Below, piece after piece: positions 50,651 through 62,883 of a stretch of DNA of 64,000 nucleotides. Within the stretch, counting starts at the first letter, position 1; each line of letters begins with the position of its first letter. The notes beneath the pieces were generated by a model, which was not told the origin of the DNA, made no database searches, and saw only the letters and a list, made by a program, of their open reading frames with translations. A program made the translations under genes and the position numbers. Origin of the DNA: Octopus bimaculoides (Eukaryota); contig NC_068983.1 of NCBI RefSeq assembly GCF_001194135.2, positions 99,005,420 to 99,069,419 of the forward strand, read 5' to 3'.

Positions 50651-52179
50651 TTCACTGATTAATGTTATATACCAATATAGCAATGTTTTTATAAGCATAA
50701 CAAACATTTGAAGATATGATCACTTTTAAATATATTTTTATTAATAATTTTATAGTTCTCATAAATATCAACTAAAACTTCAAAATACTCCACATATCTA
50801 TTTCTGTTCAAAATATTAAATAAAGCATTTCCTTTCTTTAAATAAATCTGAAGGTAAGCTGATTTACTGTACACTTAACAGAACAATTGACTATATATTT
50901 TATAGGTAATTTGCAGAAGTATTTAGCATTATCAGATATTAACCACAGTATAACTAAGTCATTTACATGCAGTATACGGTCATTTTGTCATTATCTAGAA
51001 TCTAATTATACATTATCTTTTTCTTAAATGTCAGATATGAAGACGCGGAGGCTACAGCATAATAAACAAAACAGCTAGAGATTTATTGCTAGTTTAACAC
51101 AAGAAAAATTATGACCTTTAGAATGACATTATTTTCAGCCACACAATGTAGAATGTTATAATGTTGACTACAACTAAATTGTATGTATGTATGTATGTAT
51201 GTATGTACGTATGTACGTACGTAAGTACACACGTACATACATACGTACGTACGTACGTACATACGTATGTATGGTTCTCTTCTATTTCTAATTACTTGAT
51301 ATCTTCCTGTATGGAAAGAGCAGGTTTCTAACAAAAATACAAAGCTTTATTGTTGGAATGTAGAGAACAAAAAAAAACTTGAGAAAATCCTTGAATATTT
51401 TTACTTTCCATTTACAGACTGTATTTTTAATGTGCAAGTTAGCTGGTTAATTCCATCCTCTCAAAAACCTCAACTTATGATTGCCATTAAAACATTTAAT
51501 GAATGTCTATATGTCAAGGTTAATTATATGATATTTTTTAATACATTAGTATAACAGAAAATTCATTTCAGAGCAGATTATTTCAACAAATGAATTTTCA
51601 AACAACATGGAAAGGAAAGTACTAAATTGTTCTTTGACCAAAAGGAAGATAAAGGTGGGTCAACTTACAAAATATGGTTTAGTTTAGACAGAGTCACCCA
51701 GTGTTATAATAGTTCAAACAGCTGCAATTTATGCTTATCTGAAAAATATGATATTATAAATCATCTACACCATTCATAAGTAATAATAACAAAAGAACTA
51801 AGTTTATATTGTAACATGGTTCAATATTCTTGCAATCCCTTTTCAAGACATTGGTGAAGGTACACATCATGTGACACATCATACTTTCTTTTGAATTTCC
51901 AACTACTGTAAAATTCTGTTAAATATTAGTGTGTCCTCATTCTTAGGCACTAGCGGGAAACGACAGTATGGAAGTATCTACACATATTTATACACACACA
52001 AGTAAATGTAAATGGAATGGTACTGGTGTGGCTGTGTGGTTAAGAAGTTCACTTCCCAAGTACATCGTTTTCAGGTTCAGTCCTACTAAGTGGCACCTTA
52101 GGCAAGTGTCTTCTATATAGCCTTGACTGACGAAAGCCTTGTGAGGGATTTGGTAGATGGTAACTGAAAGAAGCTTATC

Positions 52180-52229
<50 letters not shown>

Positions 52230-52299
52230 ATATTAGCAATAGTTATGATATAGAACATGGAGACTTCATATACCCCCCAAAATAACATTTATATATATG

Positions 52300-52334
<35 letters not shown>

Positions 52335-53079
52335 TAATATTTCTCTTCCCTTATATGTGTTCACAAACTGATTGTAAACAATAGTTTTGCTAACAATGTC
52401 ATCTGCTTGTAGTCCACTGCAAAAGCATGCCTGGGCTTCTTGGCATGGCTCGATATATTGCAAGATGGTTGTAAACAAAAGGCTGGTCCACAATATCATT
52501 TCCTTCCATTTCTCTACATGAACAAACAATCAGATTGTTTGTTGTTTCATAGACTGAGAAATTACTTCCTCACTTGGAAACAAGTGAAGTCAACTGGCTG
52601 CAGAAAACACTGGTTCAGCATACACTAATATGACAAATGTAAGCATGGAAAAGGATATGAAGATGTCTGTGTATTATATATATATATATATATATATATA
52701 TNNNNNNNNNNNNNNNNNNNNNNNNNNNNNNNNNNNNNNNNNNNNNNNNNNNNNNNNNNNNNNNNNNNNNNNNNNNNNNNNNNNNNNNNNNNNNNNNNNN
52801 NTTCAGGGACATGTTTCTGAGTCATTGCTCATCATCAGCCTGAAGTAGCAAGACCAGCTGGAGGAAGATGTCTGTCAACCTCTCGCAAATATATGTATTT
52901 CTAGTGAAAAAACATTCACTGATTACAAAAATTAGAAATGATGTAATTATAAATCTCACAGAATTAAGCAGCAGTGTTACGATAAAGCAGTTGTATGCTG
53001 TCAACTTAATGTGACAGTCCCAATAATTCTCTCTGCTTAATTCTCTCTGTGAGATTTATAATTAGATTGTATATATCTA

Positions 53080-53106
53080 TACAAATATATATATATATAT
53101 ATATAT

Positions 53107-53163
<57 letters not shown>

Positions 53164-53178
53164 TGTAAATATATATAT

Positions 53179-53209
<31 letters not shown>

Positions 53210-53225
53210 AATATATATAAATATA

Positions 53226-53258
<33 letters not shown>

Positions 53259-53280
53259 TTTAAATATAAATATATATTAT
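53080..53280. repeat. (AT)n / (ATATAA)n microsatellite block; many other (CA)n, (AT)n, (GA)n, (GAT)n, (TAGA)n and (TATG)n tracts throughout the window
   Basis: Direct inspection. Confidence 0.95.
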
Positions 53281-54375
53281 TTTATTCTTTTATATGTTTC
53301 AGTCCAATGACAGTGGCCATAGTGATCATCTTTCCACTTTCCACCTTTGTCGGAGTGGCGTTTGGTGAAGGATGGAATTCAATGTTACTGCCTTCTTTTG
53401 AGTTTCTTGCCTAAATATTGGCTCATCCGTGACCTCGCCGAGCCAGAGGTGAAGTTCACGTTTGAAAACATCTACATCCACTGTATGGAGGCTCCTGAGA
53501 TGCTTCAGAAGACAGTTAAACAGCTGTGGGCCCTTGAAACCCAAGGTATTGCAGTACATCATCCTTGCCCGAGATGAGCCAGTTGGCACACTGGGGACAG
53601 CACAGTGATGTCCCGTTCTGGTATAGCTCTTTATTCCAAAGTTTGGTACCAGTCCTTCCAGTATCTTCCATATATATATCACTGCATACCTCTTCCACCT
53701 TCCTTCCAGGGAATAGAGTCGTAGCTCTTTCAATGTCCCAGTAGCTCAGTCATTCCATTGATGCAATTTTCTTTGTGTAATGTCGTTGGGCTGCTCCAAG
53801 CTCTGCTATCATCCTTGTAGTATAAGGTGACCATAGCTGAGAGCAGTAGTCCAGTTGGCTGAGGATGAATGACTTCCATCGTGTCATCATAGTTTCTTGG
53901 TCCCTTGTCCGGAAGGTTCTCAGAATCTTCTGGATACTGCTACCATTTTGTTGATATGTGTGTGAAATGAGGTATTGTTGCTCATTTCTATTCCAAGATC
54001 ACGCACCGTATTTGATTCTGGGATCGTTGCTCCACTTGATAAAACATACTGTGGTCGTGATTCCTGAGCAGTGCTTAACTGGTAACGGAGGACATGGAAT
54101 TTACTTGCATTAAATTGCATGTTGTTATCCTCAGCCCATGTATAGATGGCATCTAGATCTTTCTGTTAGAGAGTAGCATCAGAGGTTTCCTTGACTGACT
54201 GTGCGACTTTTGTGCCGTCGGCATAGCTGGTAAGCATGGCTGCCTCTGTCACTGATGGCATATCCGATAGGGCTACCGTGAAAAGCAGTGGCCCCAGCAC
54301 AGTGCCCTGGGGCACTCCACTCACTATTGGTGTCTCTGTGGAGAGAGCTCCGTTGGCCGCTATAGTTTGGCATCA
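53280..54375 (-). mobile_element. 5'-truncated CR1-like LINE (RT C-terminus to 3' tail)
   Basis: QGSVLGP-like GTVLGP, SYADDTK, WAEDNNMQFNASKF, VRDLGI, LDYCSQLWSP, LKELRLYSLE motifs. Confidence 0.9.
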
Positions 54376-54810
54376 AGTACTACACGAATGCCCGCACAGG
54401 TCGCCACTGCATAGTACCAAGGGTACCGTCCACTACATCTCACATAAGAACAAGGTATTGCAACAGCCTCAGTTTCTGAGGACCTCAGCTCTTTAATGCC
54501 CTGCCAAAACAATTGAAAGACCTGCAAGACATGGATGTAGAGATCTTCAAACCAAAATTCGACCCTTTCCTATCCACGATACCAGACGAACTGATGGCTC
54601 GAAATGAGACAGTTGAGGGCAGCGATATCAAATTCTCTTATACACGAGATGTGTCATCGAAAGTCTTGACTGGATTACATCAGCTGGCAGAGAAGAGCCA
54701 TGCAAGGAACATGCAGAGAGCACAGCATAAGGAGGGAAAGTCATGGTGGTGCTCCAGCAGGACCACAGCCACTTGGCTGAAACGCATAAATGAAAAAGAA
54801 AATAAATAAA
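54376..54810 (+). mobile_element. Second CR1-like 3' fragment, head-to-head with the previous copy
   Basis: TGRHCIVP...GPQLFNALPKQLKDL...FLSTIPDE parallels the minus copy; ends in gtgctccagc...ctgaaac A-rich tail. Confidence 0.85.
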
Positions 54811-55208
54811 TACATAAATATAAATATATATATGTATGTATATATATATATATATATATAAATCCATATATTTATATATATATANNNNNNNNNNNNNNNN
54901 NNNNNNNNNNNNNNNNNNNNNNNNNNNNNNNNNNNNNNNNNNNNNNNNNNNNNNNNNNNNNNNNNNNNNNNNNNNNNNNNNNNNNNNNNNNNNNNNNNNN
55001 NNNNNNNNNNNNNNNNNNNNNNNNNNNNNNNNNNNNNNNNNNNNNNNNNNNNNNNNNNNNNNNNNNNNNNNNNNNNNNNNNNNNNNNNNNNNNNNNNNNN
55101 NNNNNNNNNNNNNNNNNNNNNNNNNNNNNNNNNNNNNNNNNNNNNNNNNNNNNNNNNNNNNNNNNNNNNNNNNNNNNNNNNNNNNNNNNNNNNNNNNNNN
55201 NNNNNNNN

Positions 55209-56621
55209 AAAAAATTTGCCAATGTTCTGCGCCGTGAGGACCAAAGACTTGAAGTATTTCGTGTTGCAAGACAGTGTATGAGAGAGAATCGTGATGTCAT
55301 AGGAGAGAAATGTGTCCGCATGGATGATGGTTTACTTGCACTAAACGAGGTTGCAAAGAGAGAGGTTTGGAGACGCCACTATGAAAGGTTGCTCAATAAA
55401 GAGAATGAATGGGAGAAAGCGAGTCTGCTGAATGTCAATCCAACAGAGGGACCAGCTATCCGAATTGACAGTACCTTGATAGATAGAGCAATTAAGAGTA
55501 TGAAGACAGGGAAAGCCCCCGGCCCATCAGGAANNNNNNNNNNAGAGTATGAAGACAGGGAAAGCCCCCGGCCCATCAGGAATCACCGCAGAGATGCTCA
55601 AAATATCTGGCAGTGTCGGCTATAACCTAGTCACCCATATAATTAACCAGGTGACACATGAAGGAGTCATATCCAATGACTGGTGTAGCAGCACAATAGT
55701 CAACTGCTACAAAAGTAAAGTCACGCTTTAGATACAAATAATTACAGAGGTATCAAGTTGTTGGATCAGGTAATGAAGGTCACGGAGAGGGTCATACCCC
55801 AACTAATTAGGGACAGAGTTAGTTTAGATGAGATGCAGTTTGGGTTCGTACCAGGGAAAAGCACCACTGTTGCTATATTTCTGGTAAGACAGCTGCAGGA
55901 GAAATACCTAGCCAAAGATAAACCTCTGTACTTGGCTTTCGTTGACACGGAGAAAGCCTTTAACAGGGTCCCCCATTCCATTATCTGGTGGTCAATGAGG
56001 AAACTAGGGATAGATGAGTGGTTAGTGAGAGCTGTGCGAGCCATGTACAGGGACACTGTCAGTAAGGTGAGGGTTGGCAACGAGTACAGTGAAGAATTCT
56101 GGGTAAAGGATGGGGTCCACCAAGGTTCAGTCCTCAGCCTCCTCCTATTTATCATAGTCCTCCAGACAATAACAGGAATTCAAGACAGGATGCACCCGGG
56201 AGCTTCTCTATGCTGATGACCTTGCTCTAATTGTACCCAGTGCAAGCTATGGACACATAAGAGGTGCAGCAATATCAAAGGAAGGCTAACTAGGAAGATA
56301 GTTTTTGTATGTGGCAGATGCTCAGGAGCAATAAACACTGAAAATGTGCAGAGAACAACTTTTGCCACATTCCAGGGAGAAAAACTAGAAGTAGTTGATA
56401 GCTTCAGTTACCTAGGTAATCAAGTTTGTAGTGGGGGTGGGTATTCTGAAAGTGTAGCTGCTAAAATAAGAATAGCCTGGGCAAAGCTCAGAGAGCTCTT
56501 ATCTCTGCTGGTGACAAAGGGCCTCTCGCTCATAGTAAAAGGTAGACTGCAAGACACATGTGTACTAACAGCCATGCTACATGACAGTGAAACATGGGCT
56601 GTGACTGCTGAGAACATGCAG
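55209..56621 (+). mobile_element. RTE LINE RT region (internally deleted, 3' end lost)
   Basis: KAPGPSG, DEMQFGFVPG, AFVDTEKAFNRV, GVHQGSVLS and LLYADDL motifs. Confidence 0.92.
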
Positions 56622-57035
56622 TGATTCCTGAAGGGCCGGGGGCTTTCCCTGTCTTCATACTCTTAATAGCTTTATCTACCATGGTACTGTCAACTCGAAT
56701 CGCTGGTCCCTCTGTTGGGTCGACATTCGGCAGACTGTCTTCCTCCCTTTCATTCTCTTTATTGAGCAACCTTTTGTAGTGGCGTCTCCATATCTCTTTC
56801 TTTGCAGCCTCGTTTAGTGCAAGCATACCATCATCCATGCGAACACATTTCTTTCCGACGACATCACAATTCTCTCTCACACACTGTCTTGCAACACGAA
56901 ATACCTCAAGTCTTTGGTCCTCACGGCGCAGAGCATTGGCAATTTTTTTCTTATCTGCTTCCCCTCTGGCTAAATAAACCTGTCGCTTAGCTTCCCTTCT
57001 GGCAGTCTGATACAATTCCTTGCCACCACCGTTCT
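56622..57035 (-). mobile_element. Inverted RTE fragment fused tail-to-tail with the plus copy
   Basis: ORF 56530-57279 encodes the same segment as 55209-55533 with clear substitutions; TGCA microhomology at the junction (56617-56620). Confidence 0.88.
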
Positions 57036-57522
57036 TNNNNNNNNNNNNNNNNNNNNNNNNNNNNNNNNNNNNNNNNNNNNNNNNNNNNNNNNNNNNNNNN
57101 NNNNNNNNNNNNNNNNNNNNNNNNNNNNNNNNNNNNNNNNNNNNNNNNNNNNNNNNNNNNNNNNNNNNNNNNNNNNNNNNNNNNNNNNNNNNNNNNNNNN
57201 NNNNNNNNNNNNNNNNNNNNNNNNNNNNNNNNNNNNNNNNNNNNNNNNNNNNNNNNNNNGTGTGTGTGTGAACGCACATGGCTCAGTGGTTAGAGCGTAG
57301 AGCTTACGATCGTGAGGTTGTGAGTTTGAATCCCGGACCGGGCTGCGTGTTGTGTTCTTGAGCAAGACACTTTATTTTATGTTGCTCCAGTTCACTCAGC
57401 TGTAGAAATGAGTTGCGACGTCACAGTTGCCAAGCTGTATCAGCCTTTGCCTTTCCCTTGGATAACAGGGGTGGCGTGGAGAGGGGAGGCCAGTATGCAT
57501 GGGCGACTGCTGGTCCTCCATA

Positions 57523-57694
57523 GCAATTTTCAATGGCCAGAGAACTGAAGAGATGGCGGCGTGGGTTTCCGCCCCGGCATCCGAAACTCGGAGTTTTATC
57601 ATGGCTACCAAATAATTGTCACATATTTTTACAGATAAATTCCTCTATTTACATAATATCGAGGTCTCTTTCTTTCTTTTGTTGTCTTTTCTAT

Positions 57695-57700
<6 letters not shown>
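57523..57700 (+). mobile_element. Penelope-like tail with near-intact type I hammerhead motif (57540-57600)
   Basis: GAGAA-CTGAAGA-GATGGCGG/CCGGCATC-c-GAA-ACT(CGG)AGT-T-TTATC. Confidence 0.55.
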
Positions 57701-57729
<29 letters not shown>

Positions 57730-57967
57730 AATTATATATATATACATGAATTATAGCGCGCGCGCATATATATATGGGGGGGGGGTTCAGGACCTCAGCA
57801 ACTGTAAACAACATGAAATACGAAAGCAAATGTGTTGAATATGTTAACAACGAGATAAATACCTCAGCATATCCCCGTTTATTACTTAAACTTATGTCGA
57901 TTCCTCCGTGATATTGTTTTGCATTTATAATTAAAAAAATATATGCAAATTATAAAAGAAATAAACA

Positions 57968-58048
57968 GTACTGTTTCTACTTTGCGGATTTTCACCTATA
58001 ACAGGTGATTTTGGACGTAACACCCGCGATAGCAGAGGGATTACTGTA
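57968..58048 (-). mobile_element. pogo/Tigger-type transposon end
   Basis: Reverse complement reads TA|CAGTAATCCCTC..TATCGCG, a Tigger-like TIR. Confidence 0.6.
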
Positions 58049-58581
58049 TATATAAACACACACGCGCGACGAACTTCTTTCAGTTTTTGTCCCAGATGCA
58101 CTCACAAAGCCTTGGTCGGGCAGTGGACATGGTAGAAAACACCTTCCCGAGGTGCGACACAGTGGGATTGAATCCGGAACCATGTGGTTGAGTAGCAAAC
58201 TCCCTACTACACAGCCACGCCTTCGCTCGTCAATTTGATACATATATTTATCGAAGAAAAGTTTATTTTTAAAATTCCACTCGAAACTTTTCATTTTGTC
58301 AACAGTGACTCTAGCTCTTCCTTAAATATCTGGTATTTGTGAACGTATATACTTCCTAACCATAAACAATAATATATTCACGTTTCTTTCTTCGTGTAAA
58401 ATATTTAGTCCATTGTTTGCACTTGTCTAATTTGAACCAATGAGAAAGTCTCCATGTAATTGCTTGACTCGCTAAAATAGCAGCCAAATCTTCCTAAAAT
58501 TACACCTTATTTTTAAAAAGGAGAAACACATTGAATAATATAGTTTTAAATACAATTTGTCTAAAAACTCGACAGGATAGT

Positions 58582-58984
58582 CACTTCCGGCGTACATTCG
58601 ATTGAATCATCGATAGGGTTTTTAAAAAAAGAGACTATTTTCGTATTACTTTCTTTCAGAGTTTTATTACGAAGTTAAAATCTTAAAATTTCTATTATTT
58701 GTCTTCATAACATAAGCCCTTTTTTTCCGTAACACTAATATATACTAATACGTGGATACCATGTAATAGTATATATTAGTATAAATATTTTCATTCTCTC
58801 GACAATGGCAAATATCACATAAATGGGATTGAGACTACATTCCACCGAGCCCTCTCATATCAACAGAGTAATGTTGGTTAAAGTATTCACATTGTATCAA
58901 ATTGTTAGAAATCTACTTAAATGTACTTAAAATATACTTTCAATATTTGATGTTTCATGTTTAAAATTCTCCTTTCGCCATTTT
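58582..58984. promoter_or_regulatory. Candidate core promoter (ETS/GABP CACTTCCGG at 58582-58590; YY1 CGCCATTTT at 58976-58984)
   Basis: Both motifs lie in unique, CpG-retaining sequence at the CpG-decay boundary, upstream of the minus-strand gene. Confidence 0.45.
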
Positions 58985-59008
58985 TTAAACTACCTAGTTT
59001 TCCTCGCA

Positions 59009-59550
59009 TTAGTGCGGACTGAGCCAATTAGGAGCTACATTAGCGTGCAGTCTTACCGCAGTATCCGTAGTTTACACTGTGAAATGACCTGATCTGGGTT
59101 AGGAGGTTAAGGCTTAGGGATAGAATTTGGACCTACAATTGAGCTAGTGTTAGGGTTTAAGAATAAGGTTTGTGTTTAGGGTCTAGGCTTCAAGGTTAGG
59201 GTCTAGGGTAGTGGTTCTCAACCAGTGCCTATGGACCCTTTTGATTCATATTTTACTCTACTGGATCTCCATAGCCATTCGATGTGTACATAAAAAAATC
59301 TTCCTGCATTTTTATCACTAAATATTATTAGGACTTGTATAAAAAAATTAAAATATTTTTGTGTATTATGGAATGTATAAGCAACTTATTGCACGTAAAT
59401 TTTAATAACAAAATTTTATATAGACCCCGGGTGGGAATCACTGGTCTAGGGTTAGGAATAGGGTATAAGGATTAAGATCTAGGGTTATTTTTCAGGTTTA
59501 GGCTTACACTGCACGCTAAAGTATAAATGGCTTGGTAGACCGCACGCTAA
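59009..59550. mobile_element. MITE-like element with modular inverted ends and internal TTAGGG-like repeats, containing a nested hAT MITE (59209-59443, TSD GTCTAGGG)
   Basis: Perfect 12-bp IR TTAGCGTGCAGT (59040-59051) / ACTGCACGCTAA (59508-59519), plus outer related IR. Confidence 0.7.
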
Positions 59551-59689
59551 GTGGCATCGCCAATTGTTGTTTAGATCTTTCTATGATCATGTGTCCCCAT
59601 TTACTGATGATCAATCATATTGATTAGTGAAAGAAACAGTGACGGTATCGATCCAAATACTCAATTGATACTTATCTTATATGCTACGG

Positions 59690-60830
59690 AAAGATGAAAG
59701 AGAAAATCGACCTTGACAAGATTTGAACTCCGTACATAAAAGACTGTAATACTGTAGGGTATTTATTCAACTTTCTAGCCATTCTACTAATCTGCAACTC
59801 TCTCCCACCATTAAATGTATCGTAAGGACGGCGACCGAGCAGAATGATTAGTGCGTCGGACAAAATGCTTAATGACATTTCTCTTGGCATTACGTTCTCA
59901 CTTCAAATTCCGCTGAGGTTGACTTTGCCTTTCATCCTTTCAGGGTCAGTGAAATAATTACCAGTGGAACATTGGGGTCGATGTAAATTTCAGACCTTGT
60001 GTCTATAATAGAAAAGATTATTATTAAAAGCGGTGAGCTAGAAGAATGGTTAGCACGCCGGGCAAAATGCTCAGCAGCATTTCATGCGTCTATACGTTAT
60101 GAGTTCCAATTCCGCTGAGGTCGATTTTGTCTTTCATCCTTTCAGGATCGACAAAATAGATATCAATACAACACTGGAAACGATGTAATCGGATAGCCCC
60201 TTTTCCCAAAATTTCAGGCCTTGTGCCTATAACAGAAATGATTATCGTTATTGTTGTTGTTAAGACGACGAGCTAGCAGAATCTTTAGCATGACGAACCA
60301 AATGCTTAGCGACATTTTTTCCGGCTTTATGTTCTCAGTTCAAATTCCACTAAGGTCAACTTTATCTTTCATCCTTTCGCGGTCGGTAAAATAAGTACCA
60401 ATTGAGCACTGGAGTCGATGCAATCTACTACCTACCTTCCCCAAAATCTCAGATTTTGTAACTATAGTAGAAGGGATTAGGTATATCAGAAATGCCAAGA
60501 AAAATGTCCAGTTTAACATAGAATAGCTGCCTCCCATTAGAAATTAAGATATGACTAATGAGATTGCCTGATACTGACTATAATAAACATAATTTATAAT
60601 AGGATGAAAGTCACATAAACATTTATTGATTTCTAACTTCAGTACACGACCAGAAATTTAAAGAGGAGAGATATAATTGATTGACTTGATCCACATTACA
60701 TTAAGGCTATCTATTTTATTGATCTCTGTGAGATGAAAGGCAGTCAACCTCGGTAAGATTTGAGCTATGAACATAAAGAGAGGCAAGTAAATACGACTTG
60801 CCGTTTAGTCTGGCACTACCATGTCCGCAA
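59690..60830. mobile_element. Cluster of tRNA-derived SINEs, including three head-to-tail plus-strand family B copies (~59830-60480)
   Basis: Repeated ttcaaattccgctgaggtcgactttgcctttcatcctttc blocks with retained CpGs. Confidence 0.8.
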
Positions 60831-61075
60831 CCCCGAACGCTTTTTTTTTTTGTAACTAAATAATTTTAATGTTTGTATGAATTAATTCTAATACAATTAC
60901 GCACAGGTATGGTTATGTGGTGAGAAGTTTGCTTCCCATCCAAATGGTTACGGTTTCAATCCTACTACGTGGCACCTTGAGCAAGTATCTTTTACTTTCG
61001 CCCCCGGTCGACCAAAGCCTTGTGAGTGGATTTGGTAGAGGAAAACTGAAAAAAAAAAAAACCGTCGTGTATGTA

Positions 61076-61790
61076 TATAGGGTGTTTGGGCTAAATTCGA
61101 CGATTTTTTTAATGTCTCCTTATTTCAGGAACAACTTGATGTTTTGGTGAACAGTCAATGCCGTTGGAGAGCATAAAGATTAAAATTGTAGTTGAGAAAA
61201 AGTTAGCTGACATGGAGGACTAGAAGCTACTTGGATTTTGGAAAAGAATTACCTGTATCATGACAATTCATGCCGGATGTCAAAATGCAGACTAGTAATC
61301 AATGCTCTGAGAACAATGTAAAGGCTGTAAGATGTGACATGGTCTTTGGGTGCGTCTCCAGTGAAGTCATGCCGCCCCACATCTTTGAACAGGGCTTCAG
61401 GCGCAATTTAGATGGCTATATGAAGCTGCTGGAGACTGTGGTCAATCCTTGGTCAGAGAAGGTTACTGCTTGAAGGCCATATGTATTCCAACAGGATTCG
61501 GCTCCTTGCCATACCTCTGGAAAGCGTCAGAAGTAGTTGTTGGAGAATTTCTACGACTTCACCAACCCCAATATCTGACCTCCTAATCCCCCGATTGTAA
61601 TTTCATGGATTGCTATTGTGAGGCTCTGTTGAGAAAAGCACCAACCGCTCAGTCAACAACACCATTGCAGACCTGGTGCCCAAGATCAAGGTGATCGCAT
61701 ATTTCCCCAGGGACACAGTGAGGAATGCATACGCCAGGTTTCGGTGCAGTCTTGAGGCCGGGATGGAAGCTGAGGGTGGATATATGTAGA
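61076..61790 (+). pseudogene. Tc1/mariner-superfamily (maT/DD37D-like) transposase relic with left end
   Basis: MVFGCVSS..VMPPHIFEQG, YVFQQDSAPCHT, PP..PD motifs with stops and frameshifts; TA|TAGGGTGTT left end; no right TIR found. Confidence 0.8.
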
Positions 61791-62429
61791 TATATGTAGA
61801 TATATATGTGGATATACGTTGGATATATGTAGTTAAAGGATTTTAAAAAGTTATTAAAAAGATTTCTATTATTTAACAGAATGTCACTAACCTTTGTAGA
61901 AGTTTATATATAGTACAGCCGGAAATTATATATAGTACAACCGGAACTAGTCAACATTTAAACAGTTAACAATTCAAAACACTCCCTATTTACAAAATAT
62001 AAGATTATGGTTTGTTGCCAACTTAATGTGACAGTCCCAGGAAAGGGAAGAATGCTACTGCTATTTAGCCCCAGAAAATACCGTTTCCAGTTGGAATTTC
62101 CAGTTTTCACTTGAAATTCTGTATGTTTTCAAAGGTGAATAAGCATCGACAGCTAGCAAGCCAAGCTACTCCAGACTGATGAAAAGCAATAACTCTGAAA
62201 CTAGTCTCTGGATGCTGGCTTTGCTGGATTGAGGTGCTTATCTCCCTGAGGTGCTTATCTCCCGAGCGTCCTTAGTAGTTTACGATTGCTTTCAATTAGA
62301 CCAGTTCTTCTTGAAATCCTTAAAATCAACTTTCAGAAAAATAAATCTTGCAAACATATTGTGAATAATAGTAAAGAATCTGTTGATGGAATCTTATGTA
62401 TATATGTATGTATGTTATATAAAGATATC

Positions 62430-62700
62430 ATGGAAAATATGCGCGGATTCAATGTTTCTCTATACATGGTCTTCATAGGCTAGGAAAAGGCATTCGGCTC
62501 AGAGCGACATATAGCAAGATCTATCTTCAAAAGGTTAGGAGTGATTAGTAAAGTTGTTATTCTGTTTAGATATCTCTGAAAGAATCAACAAGCAGACGTC
62601 AGAGTGAAGAAGGAATACAGAATACTTCTATATCAAGAAAGGAGTTCATCAAGGTTGTCTTGTCTCACCCATGTGCTTCAACTTCAGCCAATAAGTTTGA
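62430..62700 (+). mobile_element. Old RTE/BovB-type RT fragment
   Basis: MENMRGFNVSLYMVFI..EKAF and KGVHQGCLVSPMCFN motifs. Confidence 0.7.
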
Positions 62701-62883
62701 ATTTGTATAGCAACATTCTGGGAACGATAAGTCCCAGTAAATACTTGTAATATACTCGTTTGTTTCAATCGAGTATACGTCGTCCATGGCAAAATTAAGT
62801 AATATACTTAATACAGTAAAATTATAATTAAAGTTATGAAGTGACTTGCTAAATTATGAACAATCCTTTTTTTTTTTTAACTG

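Noticed and set aside
55495-55583. ~39-bp direct repeat flanking a 10-N gap
   Set aside because: Identical sequence on both sides of a tiny gap indicates an unmerged contig overlap.
57270-57350. tRNA-like sequence with A and B boxes (also at 7337, 14190, 16660, 25725)
   Set aside because: No complete cloverleaf or acceptor stem; each continues into a SINE body, so these are SINE heads, not tRNA genes.
61905-62260. Small direct duplications (21-bp TTATATATAGTACAGCCGGAA x2; 17-bp GAGGTGCTTATCTCCC x2)
   Set aside because: Typical slippage duplications; no further structure.
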